Source: a virus (taxonomy: Duplodnaviria; Caudoviricetes). From it: a stretch of DNA of 27,997 nt. The stretch spans positions 1 to 27,997 of the IMG/VR virus record IMGVR_UViG_3300020472_002141, one strand, 5' to 3'. The number at the start of each line of letters is the position of its first letter. Position 1 is the stretch's first letter. Both the position numbers and the translations under genes were made by a program. Shown one piece after another: positions 1 through 9,100 of the stretch. The notes below the pieces were generated by a model. The model did no database searches. It saw only the letters and a program-made list of their open reading frames with translations, and was not told where the DNA came from.

Positions 1-426
1 GTTACATCTTCACTTATCCGTGAAACCACTGGGTTAGATTCTCAGAACTATGGTTACAAGTTCGGACAAGAAGAAGAAACATACAACATCGTTGCTGCAC
101 ACGGTTATTTCGGAAGACTTATTTTCCAATATGCATCTTTCAATAACAGCAGAAGTCTTCACTTCTTCCTAGCATCTTGGCCAGTTATCTGTGTATGGTT
201 AACCTCTATGGGTATCTGCACAATGGCATTCAACCTAAATGGATTCAACTTCAACCAATCAGTTGTTGATGCATCAGGTAAGGTTGTTCCTACTTGGGGT
301 GATGTTCTTAACAGAGCAAACCTTGGTATGGAAGTTATGCACGAAAGAAATGCACACAACTTCCCTCTTGATCTAGCATCTGCTGGTGAAACAGAGGTTG
401 CACTTATAGCACCTGCTATAGGATAA
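1..426 (+). CDS. psbA: Photosystem II D1 protein, 5'-truncated by window edge
   Basis: Frame 1 is open from base 1: [57 protein letters not shown]...[14 protein letters not shown] plus a 15-aa C-terminal extension. The ORF track's 208 start is an internal Met. Confidence 0.99.
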   Translation, partial: VTSSLIRETTGLDSQNYGYKFGQEEETYNIVAAHGYFGRLIFQYASFNNSRSLHFFLASWPVICVWLTSMGICTMAFNLNGFNFNQSVVDASGKVVPTWGDVLNRANLGMEVMHERNAHNFPLDLASAGETEVALIAPAIG

Positions 427-431
427 TATAT

Positions 432-449
432 CTAAATATATGATATAAT
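432..449 (+). promoter_or_regulatory. Candidate promoters: late-type CTAAATA (432-438) and extended -10 TGATATAAT (441-449)
   Basis: Match to TGnTATAAT and near-match to the T4 late box. No -35 element seen. Confidence 0.45.
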
Positions 450-451
450 AT

Positions 452-477
452 GGGGAGGTTAATACCTCCCTTTTTTT
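452..477 (+). terminator. Rho-independent terminator after psbA
   Basis: GGGAGGT(453-459)-TAAT-ACCTCCC(464-470) followed by T7 (471-477). Confidence 0.9.
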
Positions 478-687
478 ATGGCAAAACAATCTATTAAATT
501 TACTATTAGACAGGATGGCATTGTTTCCGAAGAAGTTTTCGGTGCTATCGGTAATGAATGTCAAGATATAACTAAATCTATAGAAGAGAAACTTGGCAAT
601 GTTACTTACGTAGAAACTAAACCAGAATACTATCAATCACAAGAAAATGTCACACTTCAGTACAATCAAAACGAAGATCAAGGATAA
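478..687 (+). CDS. DUF2997-family protein
   Basis: IKFTIRQDGxVxEEVxGxxGxxCxxITxxIEEKLG...KPEYY pattern, adjacent to a DUF1257 gene as in cyanobacteria. Confidence 0.8.
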   Translation: MAKQSIKFTIRQDGIVSEEVFGAIGNECQDITKSIEEKLGNVTYVETKPEYYQSQENVTLQYNQNEDQG

Positions 688-1024
688 AGAAATTTTAATT
701 GAAGCATTGAATCTTTTACAATATAATGTTCAGAATGATCAAGAGTTAATAAATCCTATTAATCATCGACATGAAAAGGTAAAGGTGGATGTTTCTATTA
801 CAGATGATGTTGGATTTAAGTGGAATGGTGACTCATATGATTTAGTTGCTGATGAACAAACTTGGGATTTGGATGTTCCTGTTCAAAGGTTTATTGATAA
901 ACTTACTCAACAGTATGCTATTCAAAATATTAAAAAGGTTACTGCTAAGGATGGGTTTACTATTGAAAATGAAATTAAAAATGTTAATGGTGAGGTAGAA
1001 TTAGTTGTTACTAGATGGACATAG
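647..1024 (+). CDS. ycf35: DUF1257 / Ycf35-family protein
   Basis: MSHFSTIKTKIKD start, GFKWNGDSYDLVADxxxW, KLTQQYA, ELVVTRW end. Confidence 0.85.
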   Translation: MSHFSTIKTKIKDKEILIEALNLLQYNVQNDQELINPINHRHEKVKVDVSITDDVGFKWNGDSYDLVADEQTWDLDVPVQRFIDKLTQQYAIQNIKKVTAKDGFTIENEIKNVNGEVELVVTRWT

Positions 1025-1368
1025 ATAGGCAATTAAAATCTGAGAATCTTCTTTTAACAGATCGGACTTGTAGAACTTGTGGTGGGCATAAGAATCTATT
1101 GTCCGATTTTTATTTGTCTAGAATTGATACTCCAGATCTTCCTTCATCATATTCGTATGAATGTAAAGAGTGTGCAAGAATAAGAATTAAAAAGCATTAT
1201 TCAGAAAAGGATATTATAGGAACTTGTTGTATTTGTAATAGTACTGATATAAAAATATCTAAAGGTATTTGTAAGACTTGTAATAATGGTTTAAAACAAT
1301 TTAAAAGTGATATTGACATTATTAAAAATGCTATGCTATACTTACAAGAGAATCTTAAAAATAAATAA
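1015..1368 (+). CDS. Zinc-finger protein related to endonuclease VII / F-CphI, catalytic segment apparently missing
   Basis: Four CxxC pairs (CRTC, CKEC, CCIC, CKTC), C-terminal CNNGLxxFxxDxxxIxxAxxYL, but no DHxH motif. Confidence 0.65.
   Translation: MDIDRQLKSENLLLTDRTCRTCGGHKNLLSDFYLSRIDTPDLPSSYSYECKECARIRIKKHYSEKDIIGTCCICNSTDIKISKGICKTCNNGLKQFKSDIDIIKNAMLYLQENLKNK
1361..1367 (+). promoter_or_regulatory. T4-like late promoter box (ATAAATA)
   Basis: Box overlaps the upstream stop and precedes a run of small ORFs. Confidence 0.55.
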
Positions 1369-1377
1369 TTTTTACCT

Positions 1378-1479
1378 ATGGAGATTAATATGACAATGAT
1401 GGAAATTCTTGGTGTAGTTGCTGCTGCATTTATTATCACTGCATTTCAGTTTCGTTTATTAGGACTTCTTAGAAAATGA
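1378..1479 (+). CDS. Small single-TM membrane protein (33 aa; 29 aa if started at 1390), not in ORF track
   Basis: MEINMTMMEILGVVAAAFIITAFQFRLLGLLRK*. GGAG precedes ATG 1390, and the stop overlaps the next start (ATGA 1476-1479). Confidence 0.65.
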   Translation: MEINMTMMEILGVVAAAFIITAFQFRLLGLLRK

Positions 1480-1676
1480 CTGCTAAGAGAAACGTAAATC
1501 TTGAATATATAAAAGAAATTCCTCAGTGGGAAAAACTTTATCTTGAGTCTATGAAGGGTAATTTATCTAAACAACAGATAGAACTTCTTGAAGGTAGAGA
1601 TATAAAATCTGATGAAGGAATGATTTACGGGCAAATGTATTCTGATTGGAAAAGGAGGGGATGGGATGTCGAATAA
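1476..1676 (+). CDS. Hypothetical phage protein, paralog of next ORF
   Basis: Translationally coupled on both sides; shares the W...Y...SK...LLE...G...WK pattern with 1666..1902. Confidence 0.8.
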   Translation: MTAKRNVNLEYIKEIPQWEKLYLESMKGNLSKQQIELLEGRDIKSDEGMIYGQMYSDWKRRGWDVE

Positions 1677-1902
1677 ACCTTATGATGACTCCAATTGGAG
1701 AGAAGAATATAAGAACTATACTTCTAGCAAGTATGAGTTAGATCTTCTTGAGAATGGTCCTCATAGTTTATCTCAATCTTGGATGATGGGAGCATTACAT
1801 AATAAGTGGAAGAAGATGAAAGGATATAAAGATCCTGAACCACCAGACGTATCATCATCTATGAAAGAATTTTTTCAACGACAAAAAGATCAAGGTATTT
1901 AA
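1666..1902 (+). CDS. Conserved cyanophage hypothetical protein
   Basis: YDDSNWREEYK...LDLLENGPxSLSQSW pattern; GGAGG upstream. Confidence 0.8.
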   Translation: MSNKPYDDSNWREEYKNYTSSKYELDLLENGPHSLSQSWMMGALHNKWKKMKGYKDPEPPDVSSSMKEFFQRQKDQGI

Positions 1903-2184
1903 ATGGCTTTCTTAATTTCAATAATGTCATTTGCAAATTTTGTATTCTATCCTCTAGTGATAGGTACTATTATTGCTGTTATAATAGAGCAGATATTTAG
2001 AGCAATAGGTAATGAAGATGACCCTAAAGCAGTAAGGAATGTATTTCTTGCTATGGGAGTAAGAAAATATCTTTGGAGACAAGCGTGGTTATTTAATATA
2101 ATATGGTTCGTATGTTATGGAATATTATTATTCGTAATGCGACCAGGACAACAGGCAATGCCTGATATGATATGGCAAGGGTAA
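1903..2184 (+). CDS. Hypothetical membrane protein (2 TM)
   Basis: Two hydrophobic segments; start directly follows the upstream stop. Confidence 0.75.
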   Translation: MAFLISIMSFANFVFYPLVIGTIIAVIIEQIFRAIGNEDDPKAVRNVFLAMGVRKYLWRQAWLFNIIWFVCYGILLFVMRPGQQAMPDMIWQG

Positions 2185-2188
2185 TCAA

Positions 2189-2890
2189 ATGACAGTAGCA
2201 GATTTTTCAGTTCAAATAAAAGAGGGAACAAAGAAGTCCCATTCAGCAGCAGAGAATACTTCTTTCGTTGCATCATTTCTTAGAGGTGTTGTAAGTAAAG
2301 AGAGTTACAAAAACCTAGTAAAGGATCTGTATTATGTTTACAGAACTATGGAAGAGGAGGTTGAAAAGCATAAGGATCATCCTGTAGTTGGTAAACTATA
2401 TCTTCCAGAACTCAATAGAGTTAATGCACTTGAAAGAGATCTTAGATTCTATTATGGACCTATGTGGAGATCTATCATTATGCCTTCTGAGGCTTGTGCT
2501 AATTATGTAAGTAGAATTAAATGTTGTTCTATTGAAGATCCTACTCTATTAGTTGGACACCATTACACAAGATACTTGGGTGATCTATCAGGTGGACAGA
2601 TACTTAAAGGTATTGCTGAGAAAGCAATGGGTCTCAAGGATGAAGGATTATATTTCTATGATTTTGATAAGATAGAAAATGCTAAGAAATATAAGGATGG
2701 ATATAGGGCAATTCTTAATGGACTCGATGTAGATCAACATCAAGTAGATGCTATTATAGTAGAAGCGAACTATGCTTTTAGATTAAACATGTATATGTTT
2801 GATACATTAGAGGGTAATTGGTTGCAGTCATTGATACAAATGTTATTTGGTTTTATTACTTCAATAATAAAGAAATTCAAAAGCGGATAG
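2189..2890 (+). CDS. ho1: Heme oxygenase (biliverdin-producing)
   Basis: KEGTKKSHSAAEN (proximal His), HHYTRYLGDLSGGQIL signature, EANYAFRLNM. Confidence 0.96.
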   Translation: MTVADFSVQIKEGTKKSHSAAENTSFVASFLRGVVSKESYKNLVKDLYYVYRTMEEEVEKHKDHPVVGKLYLPELNRVNALERDLRFYYGPMWRSIIMPSEACANYVSRIKCCSIEDPTLLVGHHYTRYLGDLSGGQILKGIAEKAMGLKDEGLYFYDFDKIENAKKYKDGYRAILNGLDVDQHQVDAIIVEANYAFRLNMYMFDTLEGNWLQSLIQMLFGFITSIIKKFKSG

Positions 2891-2896
2891 TAATCA

Positions 2897-2903
2897 ATAA
2901 ATA
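2897..2903 (+). promoter_or_regulatory. T4-like late promoter box (ATAAATA)
   Basis: Intergenic, just upstream of the HNH gene. Confidence 0.6.
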
Positions 2904-2925
2904 ATTTTAACTTAACAAATAGTTT

Positions 2926-3297
2926 ATGACTATTTTCCATACTCCGAAGGCTTATGTGTTTAACTTACAAACTACAAGTTCATCAGAAGCAAGAAGATTA
3001 TGGAGGCGAGATATAAAAGAACAATGGAATTATGAATGTGCTTATTGTGGGGATGATAAAGAACTCACAATAGATCATGTGGTTCCCAGAGCAAAGGGTG
3101 GTTCAGATTTCACTAAGAATGTGGTATGTTGTTGTCATTCTTGTAATCAAAATAAGGGACATGAGGATTGGGAAGAATGGTATTTTAATCAGGTATCTTT
3201 TTCTTTAGATCGGTATGCTAAGATTAGAAAGTGGATGCAACCTGATCCCCCACAAGATTTATTTGAGTATCGTCCAAGAAGGAATAATTTAACTTGA
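2926..3297 (+). CDS. HNH endonuclease (McrA-like)
   Basis: CAYCG...LTIDHVVPRAKGG...NVVCCCHSCNQNKG. Confidence 0.93.
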   Translation: MTIFHTPKAYVFNLQTTSSSEARRLWRRDIKEQWNYECAYCGDDKELTIDHVVPRAKGGSDFTKNVVCCCHSCNQNKGHEDWEEWYFNQVSFSLDRYAKIRKWMQPDPPQDLFEYRPRRNNLT

Positions 3298-3304
3298 ATA
3301 AATA
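3298..3304 (+). promoter_or_regulatory. T4-like late promoter box (ATAAATA)
   Basis: Immediately after the HNH stop, at the head of the structural gene run. Confidence 0.7.
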
Positions 3305-3308
3305 AATC

Positions 3309-3342
3309 AGCAGTATATACTGCTTGTTATAGGGTACATACC
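3309..3342 (+). promoter_or_regulatory. Leader with perfect 16-bp palindrome and second mini-hairpin
   Basis: AGCAGTATATACTGCT (3309-3324) and GGTACATACC (3333-3342). Confidence 0.5.
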
Positions 3343-3355
3343 GAAATCATTATAA

Positions 3356-5830
3356 ATGGCGACTCCGTTTAGAATTAAACGATCTGCTGTTCCAGGGAAG
3401 GAACCTGCAGTATCGGACTTACAATTAGGTGAATTAGCTCTTAATACTTACGATGCTGAACTGTATACACTACGTTCTCGTCCTGGTATTGGTACGGAAG
3501 TTGTTAAGATTGGTGGTGCTTCGGTAAAGAACGTATTACATGTAAACAAAGATGGAAACGACGAAAATACAGGACTCACACAAGCAGACGCAAAACTCAC
3601 AATCAAGGGAGCAGTTGGAATTGCATCAGCAGGAACTGCTATTAAAGTTGCTGCTGGAACTTACGTAGAAGATAATCCAATTAAAGTACCAAAACAAATC
3701 AGTATTGTTGGTGATAGTTTAAGAGAAGTTACTGTATCTCCTTTAAATTCTGATCAGGATATGTTCCATGTATCTCCTGGAGTTATGATACAGGAGTTAT
3801 CATTTGATGGTTCTGTAGATCCTGGAATGGCAGTTGTAGCATTTGATCCAGATAAGATTCAATATAATCCACAGTCACCATATGTTAGATTTTGTACGAA
3901 TAGGGTTACTAATAGTATTGGGTTAAAGGTAGATGGTAATAAATCAATTGGACCATTTAAGAGTATGGTTACTGACTCTTATACACAGTATAATGTAAAT
4001 GGTATAGGAGTTTCCGTTAGTAATGAGGGATATGCTCAGATAGTTTCATTGTTTACAATGAACCTTGATGCCGCAGTAGTTTGTCATTCTGGTGGACAGT
4101 GTGATGTAACAAACTCTAACTCTTCCTTTGGTAATTATGGATTGATTTGTGATGGAAAAGGACCTGTTCAGTATACTGGTATTATTACATCAGCAGCAAC
4201 AGAAAATGCTGATAAGTTTGAGGTTTATTTAGATAATCCATCTCACACTATTACAAATGCACCTTATGATAATGTAACTGGAATCGTTACTGTAACTACA
4301 CATACTGATCACGGATTCTCCGTTGGTATGGGTGTTACCTTATCAAGGCTTGCTTATACTTGTGATTATGGTAATTATGCACATACATTTGTATCTGCGG
4401 ATAATAATTCTATTAATATAACTGGTGCTGGTCAAACAACACCTAGTGATATTTCTTATGATCCCCAAACGGGTCTTATGACATTAACTGCTAATAATCA
4501 CGGATTAACAGCTTTAACTTCAGGTACAATCTCAACTGCAACATACATACCATCTACTGGTGTACTAACACTTCATCAAACTAATCATGGATTATCTAAT
4601 GGTGATAGAATTAAGTTGGAGTTAGAATCTCTAACATTCACTTGTGATAGAGATAATCATGCTACATTGCATTCTTATCCAAGACAAAGTGATCCTGTTT
4701 ATAATAAGTGGTTAGAAGTTTCTAATGTAGATACTCTTAATCATAAGTTTGATGTTAGTGTTGGAATATCTGAAGATCTTTCAGAACATTGGTTTAGAGC
4801 AGGAGATGAAAATGGATTTAAGAAAGCATCTAGTTCTGTAAGTTTTGATGCAGAGTCATTAACATTTACTTGTGCTATGGATGGTAATGCTACACAGCAT
4901 TCATATCCAAGAACAAAAGATCCTGCATATAATCAAGTATTAGGTGTTGAAACAGTACCAGATAATAATACATTTACAGTTAATGTTGGTATAGCAACCA
5001 ATGAAATATTCCCAGATAAAAACGGGAATGTTTTTAGTGTTGAATCTGTTATTGATAGTAAGAACTTCACTGCATATGTTGGTCCTAATAGATTTGGACA
5101 CACATATCTTGGTGGTGGTAGAGCAGCTGTAAATCTTATTAGACCATTTGATGGTAAGGTGGTTTATTTTGATAATCAATATTATAGTCTTGGTAAGATA
5201 AAACTTACTAATGCTGGTAGTGGATATAATAATCCACCAACTATTGTAATTGATGATCCAAGTGTTTCTTGGGGTGTTAAGGCAACTGCTATTCCTAGTA
5301 TTATTGGTAGTAAAGTTGATGAGATTGAAATCATCTCAAATGGTAGAGGATATACTTCTACACCAACTATTACATTCTCTGCTCCTGATGTGGGGATAAA
5401 TACAGCAACTGCTACCGTAGAATTACTTCCAACATATTATTCGGTTAAGAATTCAACTCCAGTTTCATCTGGAATTTGTACAATTACCATTAATGAAAAT
5501 CTTCCATATGCAGTTGGTGTGGGAACCACCGTTCCTTTCTACAGACAAAGTAGAATATTAGCATCAAGTCATTCATTCCAATATATTGGCAGTGGTGTTG
5601 ATCCTATTAGTTCCCTTCCTTCTCGTGGAGGTGTTACCATACAGGAGAATGAAGTTGATAACCGTAACGGTGGATTGGTTATATACACTAGCACTGACCA
5701 AGGTGGAAACTTTAGAATTGGTGAGGGTGTTCAAATAGATCAAATTAGTGGAACTATTACTGGTAATTTTTATTCCAAGAGTTTGTTCGCTAACGTCACG
5801 CCATTAATTCTAGCATTAGGAGGAGATTAA
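3356..5830 (+). CDS. Virion structural/fibre protein with beta-helix-like scaffold and inserted repeat domains
   Basis: N-terminal IKRSAVPGKxP...GELALNTYD fibre anchor; HVNKDGNDxNxG...GTYVE...SIVGDSLR; GSGYxxPPT repeats; paralogous to 17469..21422. Confidence 0.8.
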   Translation: MATPFRIKRSAVPGKEPAVSDLQLGELALNTYDAELYTLRSRPGIGTEVVKIGGASVKNVLHVNKDGNDENTGLTQADAKLTIKGAVGIASAGTAIKVAAGTYVEDNPIKVPKQISIVGDSLREVTVSPLNSDQDMFHVSPGVMIQELSFDGSVDPGMAVVAFDPDKIQYNPQSPYVRFCTNRVTNSIGLKVDGNKSIGPFKSMVTDSYTQYNVNGIGVSVSNEGYAQIVSLFTMNLDAAVVCHSGGQCDVTNSNSSFGNYGLICDGKGPVQYTGIITSAATENADKFEVYLDNPSHTITNAPYDNVTGIVTVTTHTDHGFSVGMGVTLSRLAYTCDYGNYAHTFVSADNNSINITGAGQTTPSDISYDPQTGLMTLTANNHGLTALTSGTISTATYIPSTGVLTLHQTNHGLSNGDRIKLELESLTFTCDRDNHATLHSYPRQSDPVYNKWLEVSNVDTLNHKFDVSVGISEDLSEHWFRAGDENGFKKASSSVSFDAESLTFTCAMDGNATQHSYPRTKDPAYNQVLGVETVPDNNTFTVNVGIATNEIFPDKNGNVFSVESVIDSKNFTAYVGPNRFGHTYLGGGRAAVNLIRPFDGKVVYFDNQYYSLGKIKLTNAGSGYNNPPTIVIDDPSVSWGVKATAIPSIIGSKVDEIEIISNGRGYTSTPTITFSAPDVGINTATATVELLPTYYSVKNSTPVSSGICTITINENLPYAVGVGTTVPFYRQSRILASSHSFQYIGSGVDPISSLPSRGGVTIQENEVDNRNGGLVIYTSTDQGGNFRIGEGVQIDQISGTITGNFYSKSLFANVTPLILALGGD

Positions 5831-5834
5831 TAAA

Positions 5835-6164
5835 ATGGCTTTACCATTAAATGTATTCAAAACAATAACATATATTGCACCTACAAATCCAGTTGGAATT
5901 TATACTGCTCCAGTTGGTTATAGTGGTGTTGTATTATTATCACAAGCAACAAATGTTGATTCAACAGCACATACAGTTTCATTAGATCATGTAAGAGGTG
6001 GTACAGTAACTCCTGTTGTTAAGAGTATGGCTATCCAAGGTCATGATACTATGAATATTACTCAAGGAAAATTAGTTCTTGAGTCAGGTGATTCTCTTAA
6101 AATATCTGCAAGTAATCCTAATCATGTGAAATTTATTGGAAGTATATTAGAAACTCTTAATTAA
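5835..6164 (+). CDS. Small beta-rich structural/accessory protein
   Basis: IYTAP...N...LVLESGDSLKI pattern similar to 21479..21799; strong AGGAG SD. Confidence 0.75.
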   Translation: MALPLNVFKTITYIAPTNPVGIYTAPVGYSGVVLLSQATNVDSTAHTVSLDHVRGGTVTPVVKSMAIQGHDTMNITQGKLVLESGDSLKISASNPNHVKFIGSILETLN

Positions 6165-6169
6165 GAATA

Positions 6170-9100
6170 ATGCTGGCAAATAGATTCAGAAGCGGAAGAG
6201 TACCTCATCAACATATCGGTATAAGTTCATTTACCGAGGATAAGCTTGTCCTTGATGTAATAGGAAATGCCAATATCAGTGGTACATTAAATGTACCAAA
6301 CTTAACTGTTACTGGTGTTGGTGCTACTATTGAAGGTGATATCAATGCTAGAAATTTAAACATAGTAGGAATTACTACTATTGGTGGATTATTATACGAT
6401 GGTTATAGTCAATCTGGATCTGATGGTGCATATTTAAGAGCTACTGGAACTGGTATTAAGTGGACAGGATTTGCTTCAGTTAGAGATAGGCAAGATTTTA
6501 TTGCTACTGCAAATCAAACATCATTTACTTTTCCATATAATACAAATTATATTGATGTATTTGTTAATGGTGTTAAATTAGCTTCTAGTGAATTTACTGC
6601 TGATAATGGAACTCAAGTTGTTTTAAATACTGGATGTTTTGCTGGAGATAATGTTGAGTTAATTTCTTATAATACAGGTGCTGTTACTAATGGATCTGGT
6701 GGAGGTGGCGGTGCTACTATTGGTATTAATACGTTAGGGCAATCATATTTTACTCATATAACTGCAAGTGGAATTGTAACTGCTGCTCAGTTTCATGGAG
6801 ATGGATCTAATTTAACTGGGATCAATACTTCTTCTGGATATGCAACTGTAGCTGGTATTGCTACTCTTGCTCAAGGATTAACAGGTACACCAAATATTAA
6901 TGCTGGTGTTATAACTGCTACTAAGTATTATGGTGATGGATCATCTTTAAGTGGAGTTGCTGCAGGAATTGTAGTTGAAGAAGAAGGAAGTAATATAGGA
7001 ACGGCTACTACAGTTAATTTTGTTGGTGCTGCTATAACAGCAACATTCTCAAATGGTACTGCAACTGTTAATGTTGGTGATCATTATGCTCGTATTGCTG
7101 GTGTTGCAACAGTTGCAACTAATGCACAAGGATTAATTGGAACTCCAACTATTGTTGTAGATGAGATAGTTGCTAATAATGTTTCAGTCTCACAGACATT
7201 AACATATGAAGATGTAACAAATGTAGATTCTGTAGGATTAATAACTGCAAGAAGTGGTATTAGAGTTATTTCTGGTGGTATAAATGTTGCTTCTGGTGTT
7301 GTAACAGCAACTAATTTTGTGGGACCTCTTACTGGTGATGTCACTGGTAATGTTAGTGGTTCTGCTGGTTCTGCTGTTTTTGCTGAAGGATTAACGGGTT
7401 CTCCTAATATTGCTGTTAGGGGATTAACTGGTACTGGAATTCAGATTACTGGACTTTGTACTGCAAGTACATTTGTAGGTAACTTGGTTGGTAGTGTTCA
7501 GGGTGGTAATGTAAATGCTTATAATGGAACATTCGTTAATAATGTATCTGCTGCTGCTTCAATAACTGCAACAAATGGATTTTATGGTGATGGATCTAAA
7601 TTAACAAATATTGTAACAACATCGGATAGTGCACCAAGTAATCCTAATGACGGTTCTCTTTGGTGGAAATCTGATGAAGGTATTTTAAAGATATATTATC
7701 AAGATGTTGATAGTTCTCAATGGGTAGATGCTTCTCCTGGTGGTGGAGGATCTGGTGGTTCTGGTGGTGGTTCTTCTGACCTTATTAATGATTCCACACC
7801 CCAACTTGGTGGTAATTTGGATCTTAATAATTATGATGTTTCTGGAACTGGTGATTTTAATATAACTGGTAGTGGAACATTTACTGGTAATGGAACATTT
7901 AATAATACTTTAACTGTAGGTGCTCATGCTGGTATAGGTAGTTTAAGTGTAACGGGCGTATCTACATTCAGTGGTAATGTTAATCTTCCTGATGAGAAGA
8001 AAATATTGATTGGTGATTCTGATGATATGGAAATATATCATGATTCAGTAAGTCGAAGTGGTATTCGATTTACAAATCCAGAATTTAGATTACTAGGCAC
8101 TACTGGTTCATCATCAATTATATTAGGTCAATCTAATAGTTCATCAGAATTATCATTTGGTGAGAGATATGCACAATTTAATAATAATGGGAGTGTTGAT
8201 CTCTTCTATAATGGAGATGAAAAGATAAGGACTACCGAATCGGGAGTTAATGTTTCGGGTGCTGTAACAGCAACTTATTTTTATGGTAATGGATCTGCTT
8301 TAACAGACATTTATGCTGCACCTCCAGCAGGTATTAGTACTACTGGATATAGTGGATTTACTAATGTATATTGTGCTGGAACTCTTGATGTAGATAAGCA
8401 AGCAATTTTTGATGATGTTATTGTATCTGCTGCTGCAACCTTCCAAGGTGCATTGACTGCTAATACTGGACCAGTTACTCTTAATAATACAACTGCTAAT
8501 GGTAATACTGATGTAATAGGCATTGCTACATTTAGAAATGATGTAATTTTTGATGGTAATGTTGGTATCGGAACCGATAATTCAATATTTAATTTAGATC
8601 TTGGTTCTTATGTTTCAAATAATGTTAGTACAGCAGCAACTTTAAGAATAATTGGTGAGAATAATTCAACTGCAATTCGTATTGGTCCTGGCGGTACTAA
8701 TAATGATATTACTTTAATTAGAGTTGATAGTAAAGATGGAACAACTGATGGTAGTGCAAATACTAATTTAGGTCACTCCATAAAGTATATGGGAAGTGGT
8801 TCTGGTGCTGATAATCGTCTTGCTTTCTGGGTAGATAATACTAGCAACACAGCTTATGAAGCAGTAAGCATTTATAATGATGGAAAGTTTGTTGTAGATG
8901 GTGATCCTGATGCTGGAGGTCATGGTTTTTATGGAACTCCTTCAGATGCTTTTACTGTTAGAGGTACTAGTAAACTTACTGGTGGTGTAGATGTTACTGG
9001 ACATAGTGAATTAGATAATGTTAATGTCTCTGGTGTTGTAACAGCAACCACATTCAAGGGAAATCTTGAGGGTAATGTAACTGGTGATATATCTAATGCA

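Noticed and set aside
1-426. Group I intron in psbA
   Set aside because: The visible part reads continuously as D1 through the stop. The upstream part is outside the window.
159-1439. Minus-strand ORFs 159..359, 373..636, 1197..1439
   Set aside because: They overlap recognisable + strand genes and have no homology cues.
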